The position numbers and the translations under genes were made by a program. A model generated the notes under the pieces. The model was not told where the DNA came from. It saw only the letters and a list, made by a program, of their open reading frames with translations, and ran no database searches. 64,000 bases of DNA from Dehalococcoidia bacterium (lineage in GTDB: Bacteria > Chloroflexota > Dehalococcoidia > GIF9 > UBA5629): the NCBI GenBank assembly GCA_050011565.1, contig JBEKIW010000001.1, forward strand, positions 677,855 through 741,854. The letters are read 5' to 3'. Numbering within the stretch: the stretch's first letter is position 1; each line of letters starts with the position of its first letter. This document shows, one piece after another, positions 1 through 8,218 of this stretch.

Positions 1-1436
1 TCCAAATCAGCATAATCTTTATCCAGTTTCTTAAGCTGTTTATGTAACTTTGACGCAACTCTCTTATTACTCGCAGCACAACCGTCCTTGACCTCAAGAT
101 AGACGTGCAGCACCGGCCTTTCCTTAATTATCTCTTTGCGTACTGTCCAATCTTGATAAGGTATGCCGCTACTCTCTATTGCCTGCCAGACTACTCGCTC
201 AGTCAACCTGGTGAAACCGGCGATATCGATGAGATCATCAGCCCGCCTCTCGAAAATCATCTGTGGAATATCTATGCCCAGCTTGTTGTTCCTAAGCGCA
301 GTAATCTTTACCATATCGCCGATTCTATACCTGACCATCGCACCACCATGAAAATTAGTGAGGACTATCTCATAATTCTTATCAACTGCTAGCTCATCTA
401 TCAATATAGTCTTTGGTATATAGGAATTATCCAACCTCCACTTGAGGTGCTCATCTTCAGGGATAAACTCGAGGAAGTTGAGATTAGGTATGAAGGTCAG
501 GCCACCATAATCCCAGGTCTGAGAGGCTATGAGACTACCTTCTGCACAAGCATAGGTTTCTAATGGGTATCGCCCCCATAAATAGCGTAGCCTTTCCCTG
601 AGCACAGTGCTATCAGCACCACCACTCATTATTCCGTTTACAGACCAAAGGTCTCTGGGCAGCATAGGCCTCCGTTCCATTCTGCTCTTGACTAGCCCCC
701 TGAGCAACCGAAATAGCGCTGCCGGCTGGGACAGCAAAGGCATAACCGTCAATCCCCTTGACCGTGCACTAAACTGTTCGCCGACAACTATCAGCACAGT
801 GGACAAACCAAAGAAGTAGTCAAACCCTCTGGACAAAGCAAGCCGAAAGCCTTCCCTGGTCCTCTGCTCAAACGACATGTTTTGAGCTTTATCCAAAGGC
901 GGTAGATACGCTGCACCAACTTCTTGCTGCATAATTTGGACAAAGACGCCAGAAGCATAGGGCGCAGGGGCCACGGCATAGACGATTTTCGCGTGCTCCT
1001 TAGCCTTAGACACATCTCCCCTGCCATTACAGCTGGCAAAAATTCCGGTCCCGTACATCAGTATCGCTAGCTCATGGGCGAATTTTTCACTGTAAGGCAC
1101 CCACTTATAAGGATATTCGCCAGACTTGCCTGAAGTATGTAGCCAGTGGGCAGATTTTGATGGCAGTACATCTTCTCGTTGTTCCAGAAGCTCTGGACAG
1201 TAATCCGAATACGTCGTCAGCGGTACCGTTCTACGGAATTCTTCCAAACTAGTTGGCATAGCACCACGCATCACCTTTCTCCCCAGTTCACAATTTCTGA
1301 GCAGCTCTAATTGATCTAGCAACAATCGCCGCTGGATAACCATAAACTGCTTCATGCTAAGGTCAATGTAGCCACAGCACATCTGCCACAGCTCTTCATT
1401 TCTGCCCTGCCGCAGTAGCTTCGTAATACTAGCCAA
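1..1436 (-). CDS. GH3 auxin-responsive-promoter family protein (acyl-adenylate ligase-like); 3' end runs off the window
   Basis: Manual translation from TTG at 1436 after RBS GGAGG: MASITKLLRQGRNEELWQMCCGYIDLSM...FRRTVPLTTYSDYCPELLEQREDVLP...HTSGKSGEYPYKWVPY. The VPLTTY and TSG..K motifs are GH3-type. Only the N-terminal part was translated by hand; probably missing from the ORF track because no stop falls in the window. Confidence 0.8.
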   Translation of the reverse strand, partial: MASITKLLRQGRNEELWQMCCGYIDLSMKQFMVIQRRLLLDQLELLRNCELGRKVMRGAMPTSLEEFRRTVPLTTYSDYCPELLEQREDVLPSKSAHWLHTSGKSGEYPYKWVPYSEKFAHELAILMYGTGIFASCNGRGDVSKAKEHAKIVYAVAPAPYASGVFVQIMQQEVGAAYLPPLDKAQNMSFEQRTREGFRLALSRGFDYFFGLSTVLIVVGEQFSARSRGLTVMPLLSQPAALFRLLRGLVKSRMERRPMLPRDLWSVNGIMSGGADSTVLRERLRYLWGRYPLETYACAEGSLIASQTWDYGGLTFIPNLNFLEFIPEDEHLKWRLDNSYIPKTILIDELAVDKNYEIVLTNFHGGAMVRYRIGDMVKITALRNNKLGIDIPQMIFERRADDLIDIAGFTRLTERVVWQAIESSGIPYQDWTVRKEIIKERPVLHVYLEVKDGCAASNKRVASKLHKQLKKLDKDYADL

Positions 1437-1999
1437 AGAATACCTCCTACATGATAATCAATATTACTTATAGAATGCTCCTCATCATTTGAACGGTACC
1501 TCTACTTGAAAAGGCTGCATACTCAGGCTGGCTTTTTTACAAGCTAAATTGGGCACCTTTTGCGATCCGGTGGGCTTCTGCCTCGACTGCGTACTTCCTT
1601 TTCTGTGAACAACCTCCACCCTCGCCTTTCCCAATGTATTGGATCACTTACGACTCTATCCTATAATAGCTTATGAATCACCAAATAGTACCTTAATAAG
1701 GGGTACTTTGGTACGGGTACTTTGGTAATAGTACTTTTGTGGTATTGGTACCTTATTAGTGCACCAAGGCTGAATTAAGCCACCCGGAAATGAGTCTAAA
1801 GTCTGACGAGAAACAAATTGATGGATGCACTAAATGCGAGAATTGAGCTGGTTGTTATGGGTATGGTAGTCCTCGTCTGGCAAGTCCCAGAGTAAGAAAC
1901 GTCGCAGCTTTCTAACGGGACATCAGTGGACGTGACCAAACCAAAAAATTGGGCGCGTATAGCTTGCCTCGGTTGCAACCTTGCAATAGAATATGAACC

Positions 2000-2581
2000 A
2001 TGATATACATTCTAATTGGTATTTGTGGCTTCCTGGTAGCCTATGCCTTTGATTGGGCGAGCCTGGGGAACTTACGAGTAATGAAACAGTTGATTGGCTT
2101 GTTGGCGATCTGTCTTTTGGTCTATGCCACCATCATGGTTTGTGTCATTCCCGTAAAGTTACATCTACCATTTTTTACGCTGCCTTTCGGGGTTGGTCTT
2201 CTAGTGTTTTCCTTATGTCTGCTCGTTTACTCGATGTTTATCGAGATTCCCTTTCACAATACTTATGCCGAGAATGGAGTAAGCAATAAGTTAATAACCA
2301 CCGGAACATATGCCCTGGTTCGCCATCCGGGAGTAATCTGGCTGGCTCTAGTCTATCTCTCCCTGGCACTGCTTTTCCCATCCACCACGCTGTTCCTCGC
2401 TGTCATCGTCTGGTTAATCATGGACATCATCATTGTCACACTACAAGACAAGCTATCATTCCCAAAGATGTTTCCTGCTTACCGCCGGTACCAACTGAAA
2501 ACACCTTTTCTTATTCCTACCAAGCAAAGCATATCAGCGTGCTTAAGAACAATAGACCCCCGAATTAAAGTGAGAAAATGA
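2000..2581 (+). CDS. Isoprenylcysteine carboxyl methyltransferase / PEMT family membrane protein
   Basis: Hydrophobic helices, LITTGTYALVRHP motif and C-terminal F..Y..Y...TP. Confidence 0.8.
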   Translation: MIYILIGICGFLVAYAFDWASLGNLRVMKQLIGLLAICLLVYATIMVCVIPVKLHLPFFTLPFGVGLLVFSLCLLVYSMFIEIPFHNTYAENGVSNKLITTGTYALVRHPGVIWLALVYLSLALLFPSTTLFLAVIVWLIMDIIIVTLQDKLSFPKMFPAYRRYQLKTPFLIPTKQSISACLRTIDPRIKVRK

Positions 2582-3027
2582 TAGAAAAGAAGCGTCTGTG
2601 TTCCCGTCTAAAAATCTACTGTACATGAGAAACGCTTGTGTCAGGTTGTACATAAAGAACGTCAAACCAATTTGGAGTTTGAGCGGACGCCAGAAGTGGC
2701 AGCCATGAGCGAGTTCTCTCCTTACTTTACATAATACTTAGAAATAGGCTTGCACGACCATCCTTTTAAGGAGAAGGGGATACAGGGACGAGGAGGATTG
2801 GCTTTGGATCAGCACCATCTTCTGTTTGACTTCTCTCATAATCTCCATCGCAATGACACTGGCACTCTTGACACCGTCTTCCTTTCACTAAATCATTACA
2901 TCTCGTCTTGAATAATACAACAAATTCTCGTGTTATCTGGGTGAACAAACGCTTGGTTTGTAAAATACCAATAATCATATATGTACCATTGACTTATATT
3001 CTAATTTTAGCTACGATTTAAAGCTGA

Positions 3028-3109
3028 AAGGAGGCAAGCGGTCTCCGCCTTTTGCTTAGCCTGCTTTGGGGCCATGAGGTCGGAGGTTCAAATCCTCTCA
3101 CCCCGACCA
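3028..3109 (+). repeat. Copy 1 of an ~82-bp element: hairpin plus 3' half of tRNA-Pro(TGG) ending in CCA
   Basis: AAGGAGGCAAGCGGTCTCCGCCTTTT...TTTGGGGCCATGAGGTCGGAGGTTCAAATCCTCTCACCCCGACCA; no D-arm or 5' acceptor strand. Confidence 0.85.
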
Positions 3110-3161
3110 GGCAAGTCAGCAAGGGATTTCGCCTTCGAGTCTGCTTTTGAAAGGAGCGCAG

Positions 3162-3632
3162 GTGTATCGTAGAATTATGGTGCCTCTCGATGGCTCTAAA
3201 CTGGCAGAATGTGTTCTTCCCCATATCGAGGCGATAGCGAAATTAAGCCAGGCAAGCATCGAGTTAGTTCACGTGATAGAACCTCTTGAATTACCTACTC
3301 GCGGGGGCATCGCTTTGAGTATCGACGACTTAAAGCAAATCGAGGTACATACCAAAAATGACGCTGAAAGCTATCTCCGTGAAATTGTGGAACGACTAAA
3401 ACTCGCTGGCATAAAGGCTCGTTCAAAAATACTTACTGGAAAAGCTGCTGACAGCCTCATTGACTACATACATAAGAGCAATTTTGACCTTGTCATTATG
3501 GCTACTCACGGCCGCTCCGGGATATCCCGGTGGATCTGGGGAAGCGTAGCTGAAAAGATACTGCACTCTTCCTCGATTCCGGTATTAATAGTGCGGCCTC
3601 CGGAATGTATTCCCGGCTCTAAAACTCGTTAA
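3162..3632 (+). CDS. Universal stress protein (UspA family)
   Basis: YRRIMVPLDGS...DLVIMATHGRSG...WGSVAEKILH; GTG at 3162 follows RBS AAGGAG. Confidence 0.92.
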   Translation: MYRRIMVPLDGSKLAECVLPHIEAIAKLSQASIELVHVIEPLELPTRGGIALSIDDLKQIEVHTKNDAESYLREIVERLKLAGIKARSKILTGKAADSLIDYIHKSNFDLVIMATHGRSGISRWIWGSVAEKILHSSSIPVLIVRPPECIPGSKTR

Positions 3633-3749
3633 CCGCTCCCAAATACAACTAAGGAGACTTCCTGCATCATGGGAGAGGGATTATTTTTATTCATTTACCG
3701 ATAAGAACTCATATAGTGAATCAACGTATTTAATACTGAGGGATACGAC

Positions 3750-4841
3750 ATGGAAATTGTTCCCAATGAGCCAGTACTGTATATGGTTATAGGGCTTTCT
3801 GTCGTTGTGCTATCTGTACTGGTCCTACCCTTCAGAGTCAAAAAGATCGAGCAAAACTTAGAGCCATTCTTTCTGGTAATGGGTGTAATTGCAGTAACCA
3901 TTTCCGGGCTCTGGAACTGGGAACTGGCCAAAGAAGCCCTTAAAGCCCCCGTAATGATTGGTGCCATCCCTGTAGGAATCTTTCAGGTAGTATTGATATT
4001 CGGCCTTCTAGTTCACTACTTCAACAAGGCCTTCTGCAATGGGATTATGTCCCTGGCTAACAAACTCGGGCCAACCACATTTATTGCCTTATTAATAATT
4101 GCGTTAGGGCTTATCTCCAGCGTCGTCTCGGTTATTGTCACAGCTTGTATTCTGTCGGAAGTCATAGCCGCACTTCCATTTAAAAGAAGCGACAAGATAA
4201 AGATAGTGGTAGTTACCTGCTTTGCGATGGGTCTGGGTGCAGGCTTAACCCCTCTGGGTGAACCTCTTTCCACAATCCTGGTTCAAAAGTTAGCCGGGCC
4301 ACCATATAATGCTGGCTTCCTATTCCCGTTTCAAAATCTCGGTATCTACATAATTCCAGGCGTTATAGCTCTAGCTGTTTTCGGAGCCATACTTATTGGC
4401 CGAAAGGTAAATTTAAAGGCAGAGGATATTGAGTCTGAATACAATGAGACTCTTAAAACAGTCATCATCAGAGCAGTTAAAGTTTATATTTTCGTCGCTG
4501 CTCTAATACTGCTCGGTGAAGGTTTAAAGCCATTAATCGTGTGGTATTTCACTAAGATTCCGGCCTGGGCACTGTTCTGGATTAATTCACTGTCAGCAAT
4601 TCTCGATAATGCCACTTTGACCGCAGTGGAGATAGGCCCGACTATGGCTATGCCCCAAATTATCAGCGCTGTTATGGCTCTACTCATTGCCGGAGGCATG
4701 CTGATACCAGGCAATATTCCAAACATAGTAGCCGCTGGGAGACTTAAAATAAAGATGAAGGAATGGGCAATAATCGGAGTGCCTATCGGACTAGCTCTAA
4801 TGATTATCTATTTCGCAGTACTGATACCACTTCTCTTTTGA
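3750..4841 (+). CDS. DUF1646-family predicted cation transporter (IT superfamily)
   Basis: Polytopic membrane protein with NLE.F, GLGAGLTPLGEPLSTI, SAILDNATL and GGMLIPGNIPNI motifs. Confidence 0.8.
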   Translation: MEIVPNEPVLYMVIGLSVVVLSVLVLPFRVKKIEQNLEPFFLVMGVIAVTISGLWNWELAKEALKAPVMIGAIPVGIFQVVLIFGLLVHYFNKAFCNGIMSLANKLGPTTFIALLIIALGLISSVVSVIVTACILSEVIAALPFKRSDKIKIVVVTCFAMGLGAGLTPLGEPLSTILVQKLAGPPYNAGFLFPFQNLGIYIIPGVIALAVFGAILIGRKVNLKAEDIESEYNETLKTVIIRAVKVYIFVAALILLGEGLKPLIVWYFTKIPAWALFWINSLSAILDNATLTAVEIGPTMAMPQIISAVMALLIAGGMLIPGNIPNIVAAGRLKIKMKEWAIIGVPIGLALMIIYFAVLIPLLF

Positions 4842-4945
4842 AAAGGTATAGCGTAATGTTACATTCCGATCACTGTGAAGGAATATTGAAGGATAAATAA
4901 GATTGCGCTATACTCATCTTTGTAGGTGGCAGTAGCAGGGTTTAA

Positions 4946-5884
4946 ATGATGACTAGAATATTTATGTTGTGTCTATTCGCCGTCTTACTAATAGTTGGTG
5001 CTTGTACTACTCCACCGGAGCAAAAGGCCGTGGACGGCGTGACAAGCGGTACAAGCGGTACTAAATATTTCCTTTACGGCGTCTGGGGCAACTCTTCCTC
5101 AGACATCTTCGCCGGGGGATTTAATGGCACCATCCTTCACTACAACGGTAAGACGTGGGGTGCCATGACAAGCGGCACCACAAACGCCATTTATGACATC
5201 TGGGGTAACTCCTCCTCGGACATCTTCGCCGTGGGGAGAGATGGTACCATACTTTATTACGACGGCAAGGCCTGGGGTGCTATGATAAGTGGAACCATAC
5301 AAAACCTTTATGGCACCTGGGGCAGTTCCTCCTCAGACATCTTTGCCGTTGGTAGTGGTGGCACCATCCTTCACTATGGCGGCGAGACTTGGGGCACTAT
5401 GAAAAGCGGCACCGCAAACGCCCTTTATTATATCTGGGGCAGTTCCTCCTCAGATGTCTTCGCCGGGGGATTTAATGGCACCATACTGCATTACGATGGC
5501 AAGGCCTAGGGCACTATGATAAGTGGAACGGTAAATGACCTTTATGGCATCTGGGGTAGTTCCTCCTTAGACGTCTTTGCCGTTGGGAGTGGTGGCACCA
5601 TCCTGCACTACGATGGCAAAGCCTGGTACGCCATGACAAGCGGAACCATAAATGATCTTTGGTGCATCTGGGGTAGCTCCTCCTCAGATGTCTTCGCCGT
5701 GGGATTTAATGGCACCATTCTTGAGTGCGATGGCGACACTTGGAGCGCCATGACAAGCGGCACCACAAACGCCCTTTATTACATCTGGGGTAGCTCCTCC
5801 TTAGATGTCTTCGCCGTGGGGTTTAAAGGCACCATCCTACACTACGACGGTAAGGCCTGGGGCACCATCACAGGCAACAATTAA
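4946..5884 (+). pseudogene. Lipoprotein with seven ~39-aa repeats (probable 7-blade beta-propeller) interrupted by an in-frame TAG
   Basis: ORFs 4946-5509 and 5516-5884 share one frame. TAG at 5507-5509 sits where the other repeats have TGG (GK[AT]W). Lipobox-like LIVGAC; repeat LY.IWGSSSSDVFAVG..GTILHYDG. Confidence 0.8.
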
Positions 5885-5961
5885 CAATAGTCAAAAAGTG
5901 TAGGAGATGTAATCCAAACGATGTTGACTATTCCTTCCCACGTCCATATAATTTGAAACGG

Positions 5962-6044
5962 AAGGAGGCAAGCGATCTCCGCCTTTTTTGTAGCTTGCTT
6001 TGAGACCATGAGGTCGGAGGTTCAAATCATTTCACCCCGGACCA
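5962..6044 (+). repeat. Copy 2 (more degenerate) of the hairpin plus tRNA-Pro 3'-half element
   Basis: AAGGAGGCAAGCGATCTCCGCCTTTTTT...TTTGAGACCATGAGGTCGGAGGTTCAAATCATTTCACCCCGGACCA, a direct repeat of 3028-3109. Confidence 0.85.
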
Positions 6045-6078
6045 TAGATTGTAAGCCTTTCCGTTCATGAACCCACAT

Positions 6079-6366
6079 CTACTGGCAGAAAGGGCACTTC
6101 ACAGAAGAGCCGATTACTGTAGCTTTAACATGTATCCTGCCGTGACGACTGCAGGTGAGCTGATAGTAAGCTCGAACTACTTTAGTGCTGGTATCTTCCA
6201 ATACTGCCGGGGCCGGGAAATAACTCATATTGTAAAACGTCTCTTTTTTCCCATTGCCGTTATATGAGGCGCCACATTTGGGACATTTGGTGGCATCGGG
6301 TAATGCAATGCAACCGCACCTCGAACATTGGATTGTGTCTTTTACTACCTGTACCATTTTGAGCAA
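6079..6366 (-). CDS. Small zinc-ribbon protein
   Basis: CSRC...CPKC and CSRH...CPFC motifs; RBS GGAGG upstream. Confidence 0.65.
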   Translation of the reverse strand: MLKMVQVVKDTIQCSRCGCIALPDATKCPKCGASYNGNGKKETFYNMSYFPAPAVLEDTSTKVVRAYYQLTCSRHGRIHVKATVIGSSVKCPFCQ

Positions 6367-6439
6367 ACCTCCTCCCTTAAAGCAACGACATCAAATTACG
6401 TTCAACACTTGTCCTATCGATGATTTGCGGGCTTAAGCC

Positions 6440-6691
6440 CTACTCGCAAATCCGTCCTAGATACCAGGAATTGGACGCTGTGTCGCGATAAATATCATAA
6501 AGACCTTTGCTGGTCCTGACTCTAAAGTAGTTCTTTAAATTTTCCTGTTCAAAAAGCTGTTCTGATACCCGCCACTGCTGGTATATTCTGTTTACACGCT
6601 CAGCTTTGCCATTCCTGCTGATAGTCAGTGGCGTGCCCTCGATATTAGCGGTTACCCTTAACTCCTCCGGTTTTTCAAGCAGTTTAGCCAT
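6440..6691 (-). CDS. DUF6504-like small protein (resembles the C-terminal domain of ImuB-type proteins)
   Basis: RVNRIYQQWRV...NYFRVRT..GLYDIYRD....WYL pattern; RBS GGAGG; directly downstream of lexA. Confidence 0.65.
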   Translation of the reverse strand: MAKLLEKPEELRVTANIEGTPLTISRNGKAERVNRIYQQWRVSEQLFEQENLKNYFRVRTSKGLYDIYRDTASNSWYLGRICE

Positions 6692-6746
6692 TTCGAACCT
6701 CCGTAATTTATTTTAGTAAAGACAACTATGGCCTCTTATTCTCGAT

Positions 6747-7373
6747 TCATAGTTTTCTGATAACCCCAACGACCTTCCCCTGGACCTCAACATTTTGGGG
6801 ATTGACATAGAGCGGCTTCATACTGGCATTAGACGGCTGAAGGCGAATCATCTCTTTCTCTCGAAAGAGCCTCTTGAGAGTAACTTCCTGCTTGTCTTTT
6901 AGCCAGACAGCAACCATATCGCCATCATCAGCTGTTTGTGCCGCTTCCATTAAGACAATATCACCGTCATCAATTAACGCGTCTACCATAGAAAGGCCTT
7001 TAACTTTCAAGGCATAGACTTCCTTCCCGGTAATCAGATCCTCGGTTAGATCTAATGCCTCTGCGGCATCTTTTTGCCATGTATCTGAATCGGGTACAGG
7101 TATGGGCTCGCCAGCGGCAATGTAGCCTAAAAGCGGCACTCTAACAATATGTTTCCTGTCAAGGAGTTGGATGCTTCTAAAAATCTCCGGGTCCCGATGT
7201 ATGTGGCCTTCTCTTTCCAGTATGTTCAGATGATGTTGAACGACCGCGGTTGAGCTGATATTGCAGCCCTTCAATATATCTCTAACTGTGGGTGCGTAAC
7301 CTATGTCTTCAATAAAAGCGCGGATAAACTTAAATATCCGCTGTCTGGTCTCACTTACACCCGGCTTTCTCAC
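6747..7373 (-). CDS. lexA: SOS repressor LexA
   Basis: wHTH GYAPTVRDI, Ala-Gly cleavage site IAAGEP, catalytic GLSM and TLKR. Confidence 0.97.
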   Translation of the reverse strand: MRKPGVSETRQRIFKFIRAFIEDIGYAPTVRDILKGCNISSTAVVQHHLNILEREGHIHRDPEIFRSIQLLDRKHIVRVPLLGYIAAGEPIPVPDSDTWQKDAAEALDLTEDLITGKEVYALKVKGLSMVDALIDDGDIVLMEAAQTADDGDMVAVWLKDKQEVTLKRLFREKEMIRLQPSNASMKPLYVNPQNVEVQGKVVGVIRKL

Positions 7374-7385
7374 TTGATTTCCTTA

Positions 7386-7445
7386 TTTAAACACATGTTT
7401 TACAAACTAGTGTGTTACAAACCATTGTTCTACAAACAAGTGTAC
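7386..7445. promoter_or_regulatory. Four tandem degenerate LexA (Cheo-type GAAC-N4-GTTC) boxes at 15-bp period upstream of lexA
   Basis: AAAC-ACAT-GTTT (7389), AAAC-TAGT-GTGT (7404), AAAC-CATT-GTTC (7419), AAAC-AAGT-GTAC (7434). Confidence 0.7.
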
Positions 7446-7600
7446 ACAACTTTTTGTCGGTTGTCAAGCCCTCTGAAGCAGATTTTGGTGTAAAATTGCG
7501 GAAATGAACAAAAAATGTGGTAGATGTTTACCGGAATTAGGCCTTCATGCCTAAATGGATGTCAGCAGGAGGGGAACAGTCATAAATCGACAAACGATTT

Positions 7601-8218
7601 TTACGTCTTTACCAGTTTAATGCCTTTATTGAAAGCTACTAAATTGGTTTCGATTTCCTTAGGAAATGTCTCACGCAACACAGGTTCTACCGACTTTTTA
7701 TCTAGCGGCAATACACCGGAGCCTATTAGGGCACCGATGAGAATCGCGTTGGCAAACATATGGCTTCCCATTTTCTGTGCTTCCTCGGTGGCATTTATAA
7801 GCCATGTTTGAGATGACAACTCCTTTACCGTCTCAATTAGCTTATCTAAATCTGGATATTGAGCGTGGCCGCCGGTGACATCAATGGAATATATGGGCCT
7901 CGGGTTAATTATGGTGATAACATTCGGATTACCATATTTCCCGAGCATCCGCAGTGTTTCCACAGGCTCCATACCGAGGATAATATCAGCACAACCCTCG
8001 GGAATAAACGGGCTGTACTGGGTTTCTTTAGAGATTCTCATATGGCTCATGACCGGCCCGCCACGTTGGGATGCGCCATAGGTCTCGCCAACAGTCACGA
8101 AGAAGCCATCCCTCACAAATGCATTGCCGATAATTAAGGAAATCATCACGTTGCCTTGTCCCCCGACACCGGTAATAATCAGGTTTAATGGGTCTTTCGT
8201 CAACTGTTTTTTTGTCAT
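7601..8218 (-). CDS. iorB: Indolepyruvate:ferredoxin oxidoreductase beta subunit
   Basis: ITGVGGQG and ETYGASQRGGPVMSHMR; ATG at 8218 overlaps the iorA stop (ATGA). Confidence 0.92.
   Translation of the reverse strand: MTKKQLTKDPLNLIITGVGGQGNVMISLIIGNAFVRDGFFVTVGETYGASQRGGPVMSHMRISKETQYSPFIPEGCADIILGMEPVETLRMLGKYGNPNVITIINPRPIYSIDVTGGHAQYPDLDKLIETVKELSSQTWLINATEEAQKMGSHMFANAILIGALIGSGVLPLDKKSVEPVLRETFPKEIETNLVAFNKGIKLVKT

Noticed and set aside
3060-3109. Functional tRNA-Pro gene
   Set aside because: No 5' acceptor strand or D-arm, and the anticodon stem does not pair; it is a 3' fragment only. The same applies at 5995-6044.
5507-5509. Pyrrolysine recoding of the in-frame TAG
   Set aside because: The position is a conserved Trp one transition away from TAG, and no pyl genes are in the window.
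5040-5870. CRISPR-like regular repeats
   Set aside because: They are in-frame coding repeats of ~117 bp with synonymous variation, no unique spacers and no cas genes.
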